A stretch of DNA of 64,000 bases from the human T2T-CHM13v2.0 reference genome, Homo sapiens: the NCBI RefSeq assembly GCF_009914755.1, contig NC_060926.1; one strand, given 5' to 3'. The position numbers and the translations under genes were made by a program. The notes below the pieces were generated by a model that had not been told where the DNA came from, did not search any database, and saw only the letters and a list, made by a program, of their open reading frames with translations. Positions 29,623-42,345 of the stretch are shown here, piece by piece. Within the stretch, counting starts at the first letter, position 1; each line of letters opens with the position of its first letter.

Positions 29623-30014
29623 TGTTATGGACTAAAGTTTGACTCCTCAAAAGTCATAGTTAAAGCTCTAACTCCCTGTACCTCACAGGTAACCATATCT
29701 GGAGATAAAACCTTGAAAGAGGTAATTAAGTTAAAATGAAGCTGCTAGGGTGACCCCTAGTCAAATCTGACTGGTGTCTTTATAATAAAGTAAAGGAAAT
29801 TTGTGCACACAGAGAGATACCAGGGAGGCTAGCACACAGAGCAATGACCACGTGAACACAGTGAGAAGGCATATGACTGCAAGCCAAGAGAGTGCTCTCA
29901 GAAGAATTATGCCCATTGGACTTAAAAACTTCAAGAAAATAAATTTGTTTTTTTAAGCCCCCAGACCTAAGCACCACCAGATATTTTGTTATGGCAGCCC
30001 TAGCAAACAAATAC
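29623..30014 (+). mobile_element. MLT1B-like LTR
   Basis: Starts tgttatggact; 'gaggtaattaagttaaaatga'; ends 'ttatggcagccctagcaaacaaataca'. Confidence 0.88.
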
Positions 30015-30046
30015 AAGGCTGAAGCCCCATACATTGTTGAATAAAA

Positions 30047-30054
30047 TGACGTCA
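30047..30054. promoter_or_regulatory. Perfect palindromic CRE (TGACGTCA)
   Basis: Exact motif match only; function unknown. Confidence 0.3.
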
Positions 30055-30152
30055 GAGTGCTTGGCCTAGTGGCAAAAGTGAAGATCCCAGCAAAAGTGGA
30101 GAAAACTTTGCAATAGCCATAAGATGAAGGAATTGGGAATCATCCACTAGAA

Positions 30153-30378
30153 CTGGGGTGTGCAAACTATAGCCTCCTGGCCAAATCTGACCCCTCATCT
30201 ATTCTTGTCAATAAAGTTTTATTAGAAAATACAACCACACCATTTCACTTATGAATGGCTATGGTAGCTTTCAGCAATAATGGCAATGTTGAGTAGTTGA
30301 AACAGAAACCATTTGGTCCAAAAGATCTAAAATATTTACTATATAGCCTTTGACAGAAAAAGTTTGTCAATTCCACAC
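30153..30378 (+). mobile_element. MER58A (hAT-Charlie); a 19-bp tandem duplication follows at ~30365-30402
   Basis: 'gcaaactatagcc...ggccaaatctg...aataaagttttatt...aaaatatttactat...agaaaaagtttgtc'. Confidence 0.85.
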
Positions 30379-30429
30379 TAGAATGTCAATTCCATACTAG
30401 AATATCAACAGCAAGAATGCAGAGACATG

Positions 30430-30640
30430 CAGCTCTGTCAGTATAACTGTTCGCAATGATCAAAATATTCTAAATCTGTGCTATTGGATAGCCACACATG
30501 TGGCTATTTAAATTTAAATTAAATTAATTAGAATTAAATAAAATTACAAATTCAGTTCCTTAGTCTCATTAGGCACATTTCAAGTTTGCAATAGCTGCAT
30601 AAATGGTCACAGGCTACCATATTGGGCAACAAAGGTCTAG
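30430..30640. mobile_element. MER3/MER33-type hAT MITE
   Basis: 'tagccacacatgtggctatttaaatt...ttcagttcct...cacatttcaagt...gctaccatattgggcaaca'. Confidence 0.75.
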
Positions 30641-30829
30641 CCTCACTTTACCCTTGCATTCTGAGTGCCTGGATCAGTGCATGGCAAATAATCAACAGGT
30701 ATTCCCGAAAGAATGTTAAATGGGTATATGAATGAATCAGCCAAGAAGGAGAATGACGCTATTTTTTTATTCATATCTAAGTATTACAAGTATTTACATT
30801 TAATTAAATTCCAAATGATGCCACTATAA

Positions 30830-31830
30830 TATGTAGACTTGCAAAGACATACACTGATTCCTATTTCCTAGTTATTCAGCATTGATCTGGGTCCTGCTAT
30901 GAAGGGACTTTGCAAATGTAATTAAGGCTATGGATGTTAAGATAGGGAGATGATATGGTTTGGCTGTGTCCCCACCTAAAATCTCATCTTGAATTGTAAT
31001 CCCCATAATCCCCATGTGTCAAGGGTGGGACCAGGTGGAGGTAATTGGATCATGGGGGCAGTTCCCCCAATGCTGTTCTGGTGACAGTGAGTGAGTCTCA
31101 GGAGATCTGATGGTTTTATAAGCATCTGGCATTTCCCTTGCTGGCACTCACTCCATCCTGCCACCCTGTGAAGAAGGTGCCTGCTTCTCCTTTGCCTTCC
31201 ACCATGATTGTAAGTTTCCTGAGGCTTTCCCAGTAATGTGGAACTTTGAATCAATGAAACCTCTTTCCTTTATAAATTATGGATTCTTGGTTATTTCTTC
31301 ATAGTAGTGTAAGAATAGATTAATACAGGAGATTATCCTGAAACAGCCATGTGAGCCCAATCTAATCACTTAAATCTTTAAAAGCAGAGACTTTTCTCTG
31401 GCTGGAGCTAGAAGAGGGATGTTGCAGAAGAGGAAGGCAGGAGACATGAGGCAGAAGGGGGAGGTCAGAGAAATTAAAAGCATGAAAAGGAGTTCTCAAC
31501 CTCAACCCACCACTGCTGGTTTGAAAGGGTTCACAAGCCTTTCCAATGCACGTGGCTGCCAGGAGCTGAGAACAACCTCAGCCAACAACCAGTGAGGAAA
31601 TTGGGACCTCAGTCCTATAACTGCATGGCACTGAATTCACCAGAATAAGCCTGAAAATGAATCCCACACTTACATCCTGTGAAAAAGGGTGTGGCTATGT
31701 TGTGAGACTCTAATCAGGGAAACAGTAAAGCCTCATTATACCTGAACTTCTGACCCATGGACACTAAGATAGCAAATGAATGTTAAGCTGCTATGTTTGT
31801 GGTAATGTGTCTTAGCCAAATTGCAGACAT
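30830..31830 (+). mobile_element. MLT1E-like LTR interrupted by THE1D
   Basis: 'gaagggactttgcaaatgtaattaagg...aagatagggaga|ttatcctg...gcccaatctaatcac...gggacctcagtcctataactgca'. Confidence 0.8.
30951..31327 (+). mobile_element. THE1D-like solo LTR
   Basis: TGATATGG...TAATACA with 5-bp TSD GGAGA (30946-30950 / 31328-31332). Confidence 0.95.
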
Positions 31831-32893
31831 TAAAGACTCCAAAAATTAGGTTTTTACAGAATGATTATACATAAAACGTAAATATATTTGAGAGGAAAGT
31901 TCACCTCTGACATACCCTCCAGCTATTCCTTCTGAAGACATTTCAGGGAAAGGCAACTATTGAGCCCATGTGAGACAATCCTGCCTGGTACAAAAACATA
32001 TCTTCAGGGCCTATGAGAAAGAGGAAAGTTGCAGTGCAGACCAAGGCAGAGGGAGCACAAAGGCACCAGAACACACCTCCTCCAAGTCTCCAAACCCTAC
32101 CAAATCTGATGGTAATCAGGGCTTTGTAAAGAAAACCTCAAGACAGGTTGGACTGAAGAACCACTTTCTAAGGTGACACATACACCAAAAAAAAAAAAAT
32201 CACAAACCATGTCACCAAGTCCCCTTCTTATCTTTCATCTTACTTCCTCTGGAGTCATCAGTTTTCTTTCATATATCTCTTGAGAAATCCAGTAAATTAT
32301 GTTTAACACACAATTATGTCATTTTCAAGGGAGGCCAAACAAATATACATCTGGCAAAATTATATGTACCAAAAACACTTGGCTTCTAGTAAATTATTTT
32401 CACATGCCATTAAGATAATGACATACATTTAGAAATATAAATTACTTTACTGATAATCTAGTAGCCCATAACCCTCTTCCAAGGGCACATACCTCCCTCC
32501 AGGACAATGTTAGACTTAGAAGCACCTTCTTTTGCTCTGTGTTCAGGGATTTTCCTATTACTCAACTCAACCTTTGGGTATTTCTTGATCCTCACATCTT
32601 TGTGGATATTCTCATGTAACTTTCAAAGGAATTGCTGAGTTTTTCCTATCAAATGCACCTATTAGTAATAAAAGTACAGAGACATTTATAAGGTCATTCC
32701 CAAAAAAGAAAACTGGCTATTGTACCTCTTACATGATGTATGTTGCAATTTCATATTTTTCTCTACTCTCTTTCAGTCCTTGTTCCTCGTCTTCGTGGCA
32801 GTAAACTTCAAACCAATACCATAGAGGGCATTTCTATGTTCTAAAGCTCTGTCTATCTGATACATAATCAAGCTGTTCTTATCTTTGTATCAT

Positions 32894-32941
32894 ATGAATT
32901 ATCATGAATTAATGAATTATATGAATTATTATGCAATTATA
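32894..32941. repeat. Degenerate (ATGAATTA)-type tandem repeat, about 5 units
   Basis: atgaattatc atgaatta atgaattat atgaattatt atgcaattat. Confidence 0.8.
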
Positions 32942-33424
32942 CAACCTTATAATATATTTAATCTGGTACCAATATTGGGACTATTTAGTCCTGTCACTGA
33001 TGAGTGGCAAGGACTTCTTAAAAGATTAAAGTTAATTCCTTGCTGTTCCAGATAGAGTGATTTATAATATTTCTGATGGTTTTATTTTTCTCTATATTGT
33101 ATTATAAGTTAATTCATATTTTTAATAAAATATAATGTTCCCATTTCCCATCTCTGAAGTATCTTTTAATGTTTTTGGACATTCTTGATTGGTTCATTTC
33201 CAAGCAAGAAAATAAGGAAGTAACTTACCAGAAAAAAAGAAAGTTCAATATACGTGGTCTTAATAATTACATATATAAAATCCAGTATGATTTAAATATC
33301 TGAGAATTATAACAATGTGATTGAAGTAGAACTTTTGTTGGTGAGAAGTGTTCATGTCATGATTTTAGTAATCAGATTATTGATAGGATTTATAAGAAAA
33401 ACTATTCATGTCTATTCGAAAATC

Positions 33425-33700
33425 ATTTTCCAAAGTATCTGCCACAGAACACTCACATGAGACATGTTAATGGGTGCTCCTCATGAAACGGAACTCACGG
33501 TTGGATAAATTTGATAAATTCTTCAGGCTATATTCTATTCTTGGAAAGTTGCAGTTGATATTAATGCATTAAATTCCAGAATAGTCTGTAAGGAAGAAAA
33601 ACTCTTTCATTTAGTGAAATCCAGGGTTTTTCAAATTTATTTAACTAAAATCTTCTTCCCAAAGATCATCTACTAATAGCTCAGAGACATAGTCTTAAAC
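33425..33700 (+). mobile_element. MER103-like hAT-Charlie element
   Basis: 'tttccaaagt...gaacact...gaaaaactctttcatttagtgaaatccagggtttttcaaatttatttaac'. Confidence 0.55.
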
Positions 33701-34724
33701 AGGAATGTTCTACAAGAGTTATCTTGTGTAAACTTCTTTCTATACTCAGTTATATCCCAATTTCAAACTCTACAAAATAGTGAACATTTCCTATTACACA
33801 CGTTCCACGGTGGGTAAATAAAAGTGTTCCCAAACTTAAAGCTCTTGGAAGATAAAGGGAAGGGTTTTCATCAGGAGGTATTTCATCCATCACTCTCATT
33901 CCAGTTCTCCGTGGTTCCCTTCTATGCACACAAAAACAAGTGGAGGGAGGTGCAGTGTTCACCAGCAGAAGAGAATTTTGCTCCTGTGAATGTATGAAAG
34001 AGGCTTGTAAGCTAAATATTGGTGGGTTTTGTACAAGCCCAAACCAAATAGGAACTTGTAAGGAAAGAAAACACAAAGAAAAGTCAGAGAGGAAAGGAAA
34101 CACCAGATTTCCATGATTATTTTGAAGTTTAGACATGATAATGCATGTTAGCTCTTAGTAAAATGCATCCTGCATGCTATAGGCTAAAATTATTATTACT
34201 GCTATTATTTTCAGAGAAGAGTCTCTTTTTTTCTCATTCTCCAACCCATTTTTTTGGCCAAAGAAACCAAAAGCACGACTCTTTCTGGGAGATGATGTCT
34301 GATGCCAACTGCAACCTATATCTTGCACCCCTACTCCCATCTCCCAGGAAGTAGGAGTAACTTGCCTGATGCGGCCATGGATGGCCTTCATCAGGGCATG
34401 TTGCCCTAGTGGGCAGAATCACTGTGTCTCATGGGAGAACCTTCCCCTGCCAGTTCCCTCCGCCTGCCAGTGTTCAGGCATGGAGGAGCAGCTGCTTGGA
34501 CCCCTCATTAGTTGTACTCTTGAGCTTCCTATTTCTGTTTAGTATAGAAACTGAACCATTGATCTCTTGTATTTTCTCTCTTGTGAAATAGACCCACAGC
34601 CCACATCCAAGTAGCTGGCTGGGTCCAGCTGCTGTCAATACAGAGAGGAGGGAGTAGGAGAATCTATGTAATTCTAAGGTCATAGCCATTTTCTCAATTC
34701 CAGTTTTTACCAGAAAGTTTCATA

Positions 34725-35185
34725 GTGTAGGGTGCTTTCAGCTGCATAGAACAAAATATCCAACAAAAACAACTTAAACAGTGGAGATCTGTTTGACTCA
34801 CCTACAACAACAAAAGGCCATGGCAGCCCAAGGGTTAATTTGGGAATTCACTGCCAGCTGGGGACCAGCTGGACTTTCCTGAGCTTCCGTGGGCTTTGTC
34901 ATTGAATTGTAAGGTTTCTGAGACAGCTTGAAGCATCACATCTACATCTTCACATGATGTTGTCCAAGAGCAGCAAGGCAAGGGTGAGGTCCTCCTTTAA
35001 CGAGACCTCAGAAGACTTCTCCAATCCTCTGGCCAGGGCAGGTCGTACACTCATGCCGTAGCAACAGGAGAGCTTGGGAAATGTTGTATGCAGCATTTCT
35101 AGCTGCTGGAATGACGTGAGTCTTGTCCACCAGGAAGAAGGGAGATGAGAATGGTGGTGGGGTAAGCAGCCAAGAAAATCTACCT
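34725..35185 (-). mobile_element. MLT1J/K-like LTR
   Basis: 'agggtgctttcagctgcatagaacaaaa...acttaaaca...ctctggccagggcaggtc'. Confidence 0.65.
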
Positions 35186-35419
35186 GGATGTATACATGGT
35201 CTAATAAATGTTGTACTACTTTACCAATTGTCTAGAGAATCTTAGAGTGAACCATCATCCAGGTCCCTGAAGGGAAGATTAAATAAGTGGTAGATTCTTA
35301 AACCCTTACATTAGAAAGGAGGAGAAAGGGGAAGTAAGTGTTTACAGGAAGCAGCAGAGGGGAAGATACACAAATGAAGAAAATGGTATCCGAGAGTGAA
35401 GGCAGATCCTAGAGCCTTC

Positions 35420-35863
35420 CTACTGGAGCCTATCAGTGCTCCACCCAGATTCCCTTTACTGGGCTGGTGCATCCACCTCCCAGCTGCAGTGAGTGTTGGT
35501 GACAGGGACTCCCAGCCACACCATTCCCTGGAAAATTGCCCTTAGCCGAAAGGGCCCCTTCTCAGGGGATCTGCAGTATGGGTGGTGGGCTGCAACCACT
35601 GATACAAGGGTACAAATCTGGCCTCTGCCTCAAAGTGGAAAAGTTTCATGGTACCATTCATAATCCAGACCCCCTGTGGGTCAGACTCAGGCTAGATGTC
35701 AGCTGAAACCCCATCTAGTGGTTTGCTTAGCATCTTCCCCTGCGCTCTCCTGCTTCCCTTCTTCACTCTCTTCCTTAAGGGCTTCTGCTGGGAACACCTT
35801 CATCATTTATTTGTACAAGAATCCTTATCTCAGATCCGGCTTCTAGGGGACCTGACCTAGGGC
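35420..35863 (+). mobile_element. LTR16-family ERVL LTR
   Basis: 'acccagattccctttactgggctggtgca...cagctgca...aagaatccttatctcag...ttctaggggacctgacctagggca'. Confidence 0.8.
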
Positions 35864-37046
35864 AGTCAGGAGTACCTAGCTAAGAAGTTTAAATTGTATT
35901 ATATACACAATGGAGGAACTACGGAGGTTTTAGAGCGACTGTGTTTTAAGGTCATTAGTCTGACAACAGAGAGGCTGTAGAAAGAATTAAGGATAATAGA
36001 TGCCCCACCATTATGAATTACCCACGTGAAAGACATGGTCTTAAAATTTTATATTTGGGGCAAGAAAAGAGAAAAAAGAAGGGAGAGAGAAGGCCAAAGT
36101 GTTAAAGATTCCTCCACTGTGATTCTATATAAATTTACCCAATAGAGCTGTAATGTTTCTCATTACAAAATCTCTGGCAAGAATCTCTGTAGCTATTATT
36201 TGCCAGAAGCCTATGGGTTAAAAGTTTGCTTTTGTGTCATGCAAATAGCCTTAAAGTACTATTTTTCCACCTCTTCTCATGACACTGACCACCCATATCT
36301 TCTAAGGATTAAACAAAATAAAAAAAGAATTTACCTTTAGCAAGAATGACTTAAGCTAGGTATAGATTTGTTTGTTTTAAGGCATGATCTAGACTTAGGA
36401 GCGAAGGAAAGCCCTTCTAGATTTTCTGACCCTGAAAATCCTTTAAACCAGACTATAAAAACACCTGTGTTTGATGGTTTAGGTGTTCATTAACATGAGT
36501 CCATGACCATACTCAGAGTTCCCTTGGAAATATCCTTTGATAGCTGATTCCAGACTAATTGACAGAGCTTAAAATTTTGGGGCCTAAGTCTATATCAAGC
36601 ATAAAATATATGAAAAAGGAACATATACTTTTATCATATAAAATGTTTGCAGTGGATGGTAAATGGATGTTACTATTTAACATATAATATTTGTATTATA
36701 TACAAATATATAATGTATTTGCTAGAAGTTGAGGGAAGAAAAAATGTGTTCCTGTTCAGAGGGGTTTCAAACAAATTTTACTATCATAAAAGTCTAAAAA
36801 TAACAACAAATCTATTTTGCTTTATCCCTCCTTCCCACACTCCAGTGAAAACTATACCAATTTAGCAACAAAAGTTGAGTCTAGTATTCACATCAATAAA
36901 TATTATAAACTATTTACAAAGGTAGCTATCTACCTGGGTAACTTTCAAACCTAAGGACCTAAGAACAAGCCCTGAATGAAAGGAACAACAACAAAAAAAC
37001 ACGTACTTACTGGATTCAGCCAGGTAGTCCTGGAGTGTGATATTTA

Positions 37047-37352
<306 letters not shown>

Positions 37353-37913
37353 GTAAAAGTAAAAAGGCAAGTACTTGCAGTTTCAATCCCTAGACAAAAT
37401 TTTACTAAGCCCCTAATATGTTCATCCTCTTAATTTGTTAGTGTGGGCTTATGTTATAGCAAAGATTTACACATCGTAAGTACTTAAGTGTTTATTCACC
37501 AGTTTTAAAACATTACACATAAACTACAAGGAGTGTTGTTTTTCAAATCTAACAATACCATGCTACAAAGCATAAGAAGTTTTTAATGACTCCAAATACC
37601 CTAGAACTTCTAATCTTGTAATATACATTGGCAAAGCGAGTTCTTCATTCATCCATTTATTGCACGTGTATTTTTTGAGCAACTATATTTCTTAGGCACT
37701 AGAGATGGAGCAGTAAGCAAAGAAGACAAAAATTCCTGCCTTCATAAAGATCGCATTATGGTAAGAGAGACAGACATCAATCAAAATAAATAAGAAATAC
37801 ATATATATAGGCAACAAATAATATTAGTATAAATATTAATGCAGGGAAAAAAGTAGGTTAAAGCTGGGATTTGGAGAGGGGAACTAGCAATTTCATATTT
37901 GAATAAGGCCATC

Positions 37914-38175
37914 AGAAGTAACTCAGGAATGGAAAACCAAACATCATATGTTCTCACTCATAAGTGGGAGCTAAGCTATGAGGATGCAAATGCATAAGAA
38001 TGATACAATTGACTTTGAGAACTTTGGTGAAAGTGGGGGAGGGGTGAAGGATAAAAGACTGTGTATTGGGTACCGTGTATACTGCTCAGGTAATGGGTGC
38101 ACCAAAATCCCACAAATCACCACTAAAGAATTTATGTAACCAAATACCACCTGTTAAAATGAAATAAATAAATAG
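37914..38175 (+). mobile_element. L1PB1-like 3' end
   Basis: 'aagtaactcaggaatggaaaaccaaacatc...gctaagctatgaggatgcaaa...aatcaccactaaagaa'. Confidence 0.88.
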
Positions 38176-38660
38176 ATAACTTAATTAGGAAAATTCGGTC
38201 TTCTCAAATGAAATACCTAAAGAAGGTAAAGGAGTGAATCAAACAAATCTGGGGGAAGTAATTATCCTAGCAGAAGAACTGCAAGTGGGAAGGAGAATGC
38301 ACGAAGGCTCAAAGCAGAACCAGCATAACCACTCTGGCCTTAGTCAGTGAAAAATGTAGTAACAAAAAATTAGAGAGATAATAGGGCCAAGATCTGGTCT
38401 GGCCTTTTCAGGAACTTTGATTGTTACTTGAGTCATTAGAAGCCATTGCAGACTTTTGAACAGGTTCATAACCCATCTGTTATTTTAACAGGATAAATCT
38501 GCTTACTTTAATAGAAAAACCAGTGAGGTTTAAAAAAAGAGGTCTATGGTTTTTGCTATAATTGAATAAAAAGGTGACAGCAACTTTGACTAGGGTAGTG
38601 GCTATGGAGGTAAAAAGAGATAATGATATGCTATCAAATTTGAATGTAAAGTCAAAACTA

Positions 38661-39713
38661 TGTTGCGGGAAGTCAGGGACCCCATGTGGAGGGACCAGCT
38701 GGAGCCGAGGCAGAGGAACATAAATTGTGAAGATTTCATGGACATGTATCAGTTCCCAAATAATACTTTTATAATTTCTTATGCAGTCTTTACTTTAACC
38801 TCTTAATCCTGTTATCTTCGTAAGCTGAGGATGTATGTCACCTCAGGACCACTATGGTAATTGTGTCAACTGTATAAATGATTGTAAAACATGTGTGTTT
38901 GCACAATATGAAATCAGTGCACCTTGAAAAAGAACAGAATAACAGCAATTTTTAGGGAACAAGGGAAGACAACCATAAGGTCTGAGTGCCTGTGGGGTTG
39001 GGCAAAAAGAGCCATATTTTTCTTCTTGCAGAGAGCCTATAAACAGCCGTGCAAGTAGGAGAGATATTGCTAAATTCTTTTCCTAGCAAGGAATATTAAT
39101 ACCCTGGGAAAGGAATGCATTCCTGGGGGGAGGTCTATAAACAGCCGCTCTGGGAATGTCTGTCTTATGCAGTTGGGATAAGGACTGAGATATGCCCTGG
39201 TCTCCTGCAGTACCCTCAGTCTTAGTAGGGTGGGGAAAATCTCTGCCCTGGTAAGTTTGTGGTCAGACTGGTTCTCTGCTCTCAAACCCTGTTTTCTGTT
39301 GTTTAAGATGTTTATCAAGACAATACATGCACTGCTGAACATAGACCCTTATCAGTAGTTCTGCTTTTGCCCTTTTCCTTGTGATCTTTGTTGGACCCTT
39401 ACCAGTAGTTGTGCTTTTGCCCTTTGCCTTGTGATCTTTGTTAAACCCTTATTAGTAGTTCTGCTTTTTGCCCTTTGAAGTATGTGATCTTTGTACCTAC
39501 TCCCTGTTCTTACATCCCTTCCCCTTAATAAAAACTTGCTGGTCTAAGACTCGGGTAGGCATCACAGTCCTACTGATATGTGATGTCACCCCCGGTGACC
39601 CAGCTGTAAAATTCCCCTCTTTGTACTGTCTCTCCTTATTTCTTAGCTGGCTGACATTTATGGAAAATAGAAAGAACCTATGTTGAAATGTTGGGGTTGG
39701 GTTCCCCCCAATC
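38661..39713 (+). mobile_element. MER11 solo LTR (HERV-K HML-8)
   Basis: Starts TGTTGCGGGAAGTCAGGGACCCC and ends ggttccccccaat(c). 6-bp TSD AAACTA (38655-38660 / 39714-39719). AATAAA at ~39527. Confidence 0.95.
39344..39495. repeat. Three ~50-bp tandem units inside MER11
   Basis: gacccttatcagtagttctgcttttgcccttt...tgtgatctttgt x3. Confidence 0.9.
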
Positions 39714-39728
39714 AAACTATGAGATTCA

Positions 39729-40028
<300 letters not shown>

Positions 40029-40234
40029 CCAAAACTATGAGATTCTAATACATTTGACGGTAGTGCTGACTAGCTGTAGAGAGGGAAAGAAGTAGTGAGG
40101 GATAATGCCTGAACATCCAGGAGGTAAGGTTTTCCACATGAGCTTTGTAAGGATGGAGTTGCCATTAACTAGGATAGGGATGACCATTGAAGGAGCAGAT
40201 TTAGAGTGGATATGAAGAATTCAGTTTTGGACAC

Positions 40235-40645
40235 TGTATGACTTTGCTAGGGCTGCCAGTACAAAGTACCACAAATAGAGTGGCTTAAACAACAGAAATT
40301 TTGCCTTATAGTTCTGAAGCCTGTAAGTCCAAAGTCAAGGTGTCAGCAGGGTTATTTTCTTCCAAGGACCATGAGGGAAAGACCTGTTCCAGATCTCTTG
40401 CTTCGGTTTGTAGACAGCCATATTTTCTTACATTTCTTGATATGGTCTTCCCTTCTTGCATATCTCTATGTCCACATTTCTTTTATAAGGACACCAGTCA
40501 TATGGGATTAGGGCGATCCCTAATGACCTCATTTCAGCTTGATTACTTCTTCAAAGACACATTCTCTGAATAGGGCCACATTCTGAGGTTCTAGGGGTTA
40601 GGACTTCAGCATATGAATTTGAAGGGACACAATTCAACCTGTTAC
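40235..40645 (-). mobile_element. MLT1B/C-like LTR
   Basis: 'tttgctagggctgccagtacaaagtacc...ttttataaggacaccagtcatatgggattaggg...ggacacaattcaacc'. Confidence 0.88.
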
Positions 40646-40879
40646 TGGCATGGAAAGAAGTTGACAAAATGCTATGCTATCTGTGTCCACTGCAGGCTGA
40701 AGATGATTCTGAAGCCATAATATCAATTCTGGAAACAGAGTGTCCACAATGATGTTAAAATCATTTCTTAAAGACAGAACTCATCATTCTTTTTGCTTGC
40801 TTCATTGGTCTTTAAATTCCACACACCAAATAGCATCATGTCTTGCAAATAGTGGAAAATATTATCTAGGAATTTTTAA

Positions 40880-41720
40880 AGCTGCAATTCACAGAAAACC
40901 TTGCTAACAGAAGCTTTTTTAATAAGGGCAGTTAATCTTCCCTAACAAGATGTATGAAGTCAGGCAGCATAGGATTGAAGAATTCAACCACACAGGCATG
41001 TCACCATAGACACTGGGATGTTCATATTTCACTTCTGCCATTCAGTGTGGCTGCCATCCTCTGGCTGTCTCCTTATCGCTCCTAGATGCCTGCTACAGCT
41101 CCTGCTGCTATATGCTCATATGATCATAGCCACAGAGAAGAAAGAGAGTGAAACGGTTTGGCTGTATCTCCACCCAAATCTCACCTTGAGTTATAATAAT
41201 CCCCACATGTCAATGTGGGATAATGGTAATTGAATCATGGGGATGGTTCCCCCATACTGTTCTCGTGATGGTGAATAAGTCTCATGAGGTCTAATGGTTT
41301 TCTGAATGGGAATTCCCCTACACAAGCTCTCTTGCCTGCCACCATATAAGATGTCCCTTTGCTCTTCCTTTGTCTTCCACCATGATTGTGAGACCTCCCC
41401 AGCCATGTGGAACTGTGAGTCCATTAAACCTCTTTCCTTTATAAATTACCCAGTCTCAGATATATCTTTATTAGCAACATGAGAACGGGTTAATAAGAGA
41501 GTCACTCCTAAGAATTCCTTCTCACCATGGTGCCAAACCTTTTCTAGAAGCTTCACATCCTCCCACTCTTGTAGCCTTCTTTTTGGGGAGTCAGAATTCA
41601 CTCATATGCCCTAATTTCAAGGAAAATGAGGAATTGAGTATCTTGTCATTTCCATCTTTAACAAGGGCGAGAGATTCTGCTCTCAACTCACAAGAGATGG
41701 AAAGGACAGTTTTTTCTACA
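40880..41720 (-). mobile_element. Old MLT1 (J/K-like) LTR interrupted by THE1B
   Basis: Degenerate MLT1-like sequence on both sides of the THE1 insertion. Confidence 0.45.
41149..41496 (+). mobile_element. THE1B-like solo LTR
   Basis: TGAAACGGTTTGGCTG...TAATA(C)A with TSD GAGAG (41144-41148 / 41497-41501). Confidence 0.93.
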
Positions 41721-42157
41721 GTAAATTCTCCATAAATGCTTAATGGGCAGATGATATGTAATCATGGTGATAGAAAGTCAGTGATATCAGTGATTACCAT
41801 TTTCTTAGAGCTAACTCTAGACTCCATGAAATATCTCTTTGTTTAATATCAGATATTTGACATTATAATTTCCAATCATAGAACAGATAGCATAAGCTCT
41901 ACCTCCAATATACTTTAGTTAGGTTCTCCATTTAGAGTTGCTGGAAAAAACAGCATAGGCAGAAAATCAGGAATGAGGTGAGACATCATACAACAAATTT
42001 AAAAAATGTCAACAGGCATGAGTACCATGCTTTTTCCAATTACTGCCAGTCAAAAGGCCATTTCTAATTAATAGTCACCTTTGGCTTTGCACTGTTAACA
42101 ATTTAATTGTCTAATATGTGTACTATTCCTTTTCTCACTGGAAACAAAAATCTCATA

Positions 42158-42345
42158 GCATCTCAGTTAGGGTGATTTTGCCAAATCTGGAGACAGTTTT
42201 GGCCGTTGCAATTCAGGGATAAGGAGCACTATTGGTATCTGGTGGATATAGGCCAAGGATACTAATAAACATCCTTCAAAGTATGTGATACTTCCTTCAG
42301 CCTCTGAACCATAAGGTCAATAGGGCTGAGATTGAGAAACTCTAT
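42158..42345 (+). mobile_element. MER20
   Basis: 'gggtgattttgcc...tctggagacagttttgg...attggtatctggtggatataggccaaggatact...caatagggctgagattgagaaactct'. Confidence 0.8.

Noticed and set aside
39344-39495. Regular ~50-bp repeats resembling a CRISPR array
   Set aside because: Head-to-tail units without unique spacers, internal to the MER11 LTR, in a eukaryotic context.
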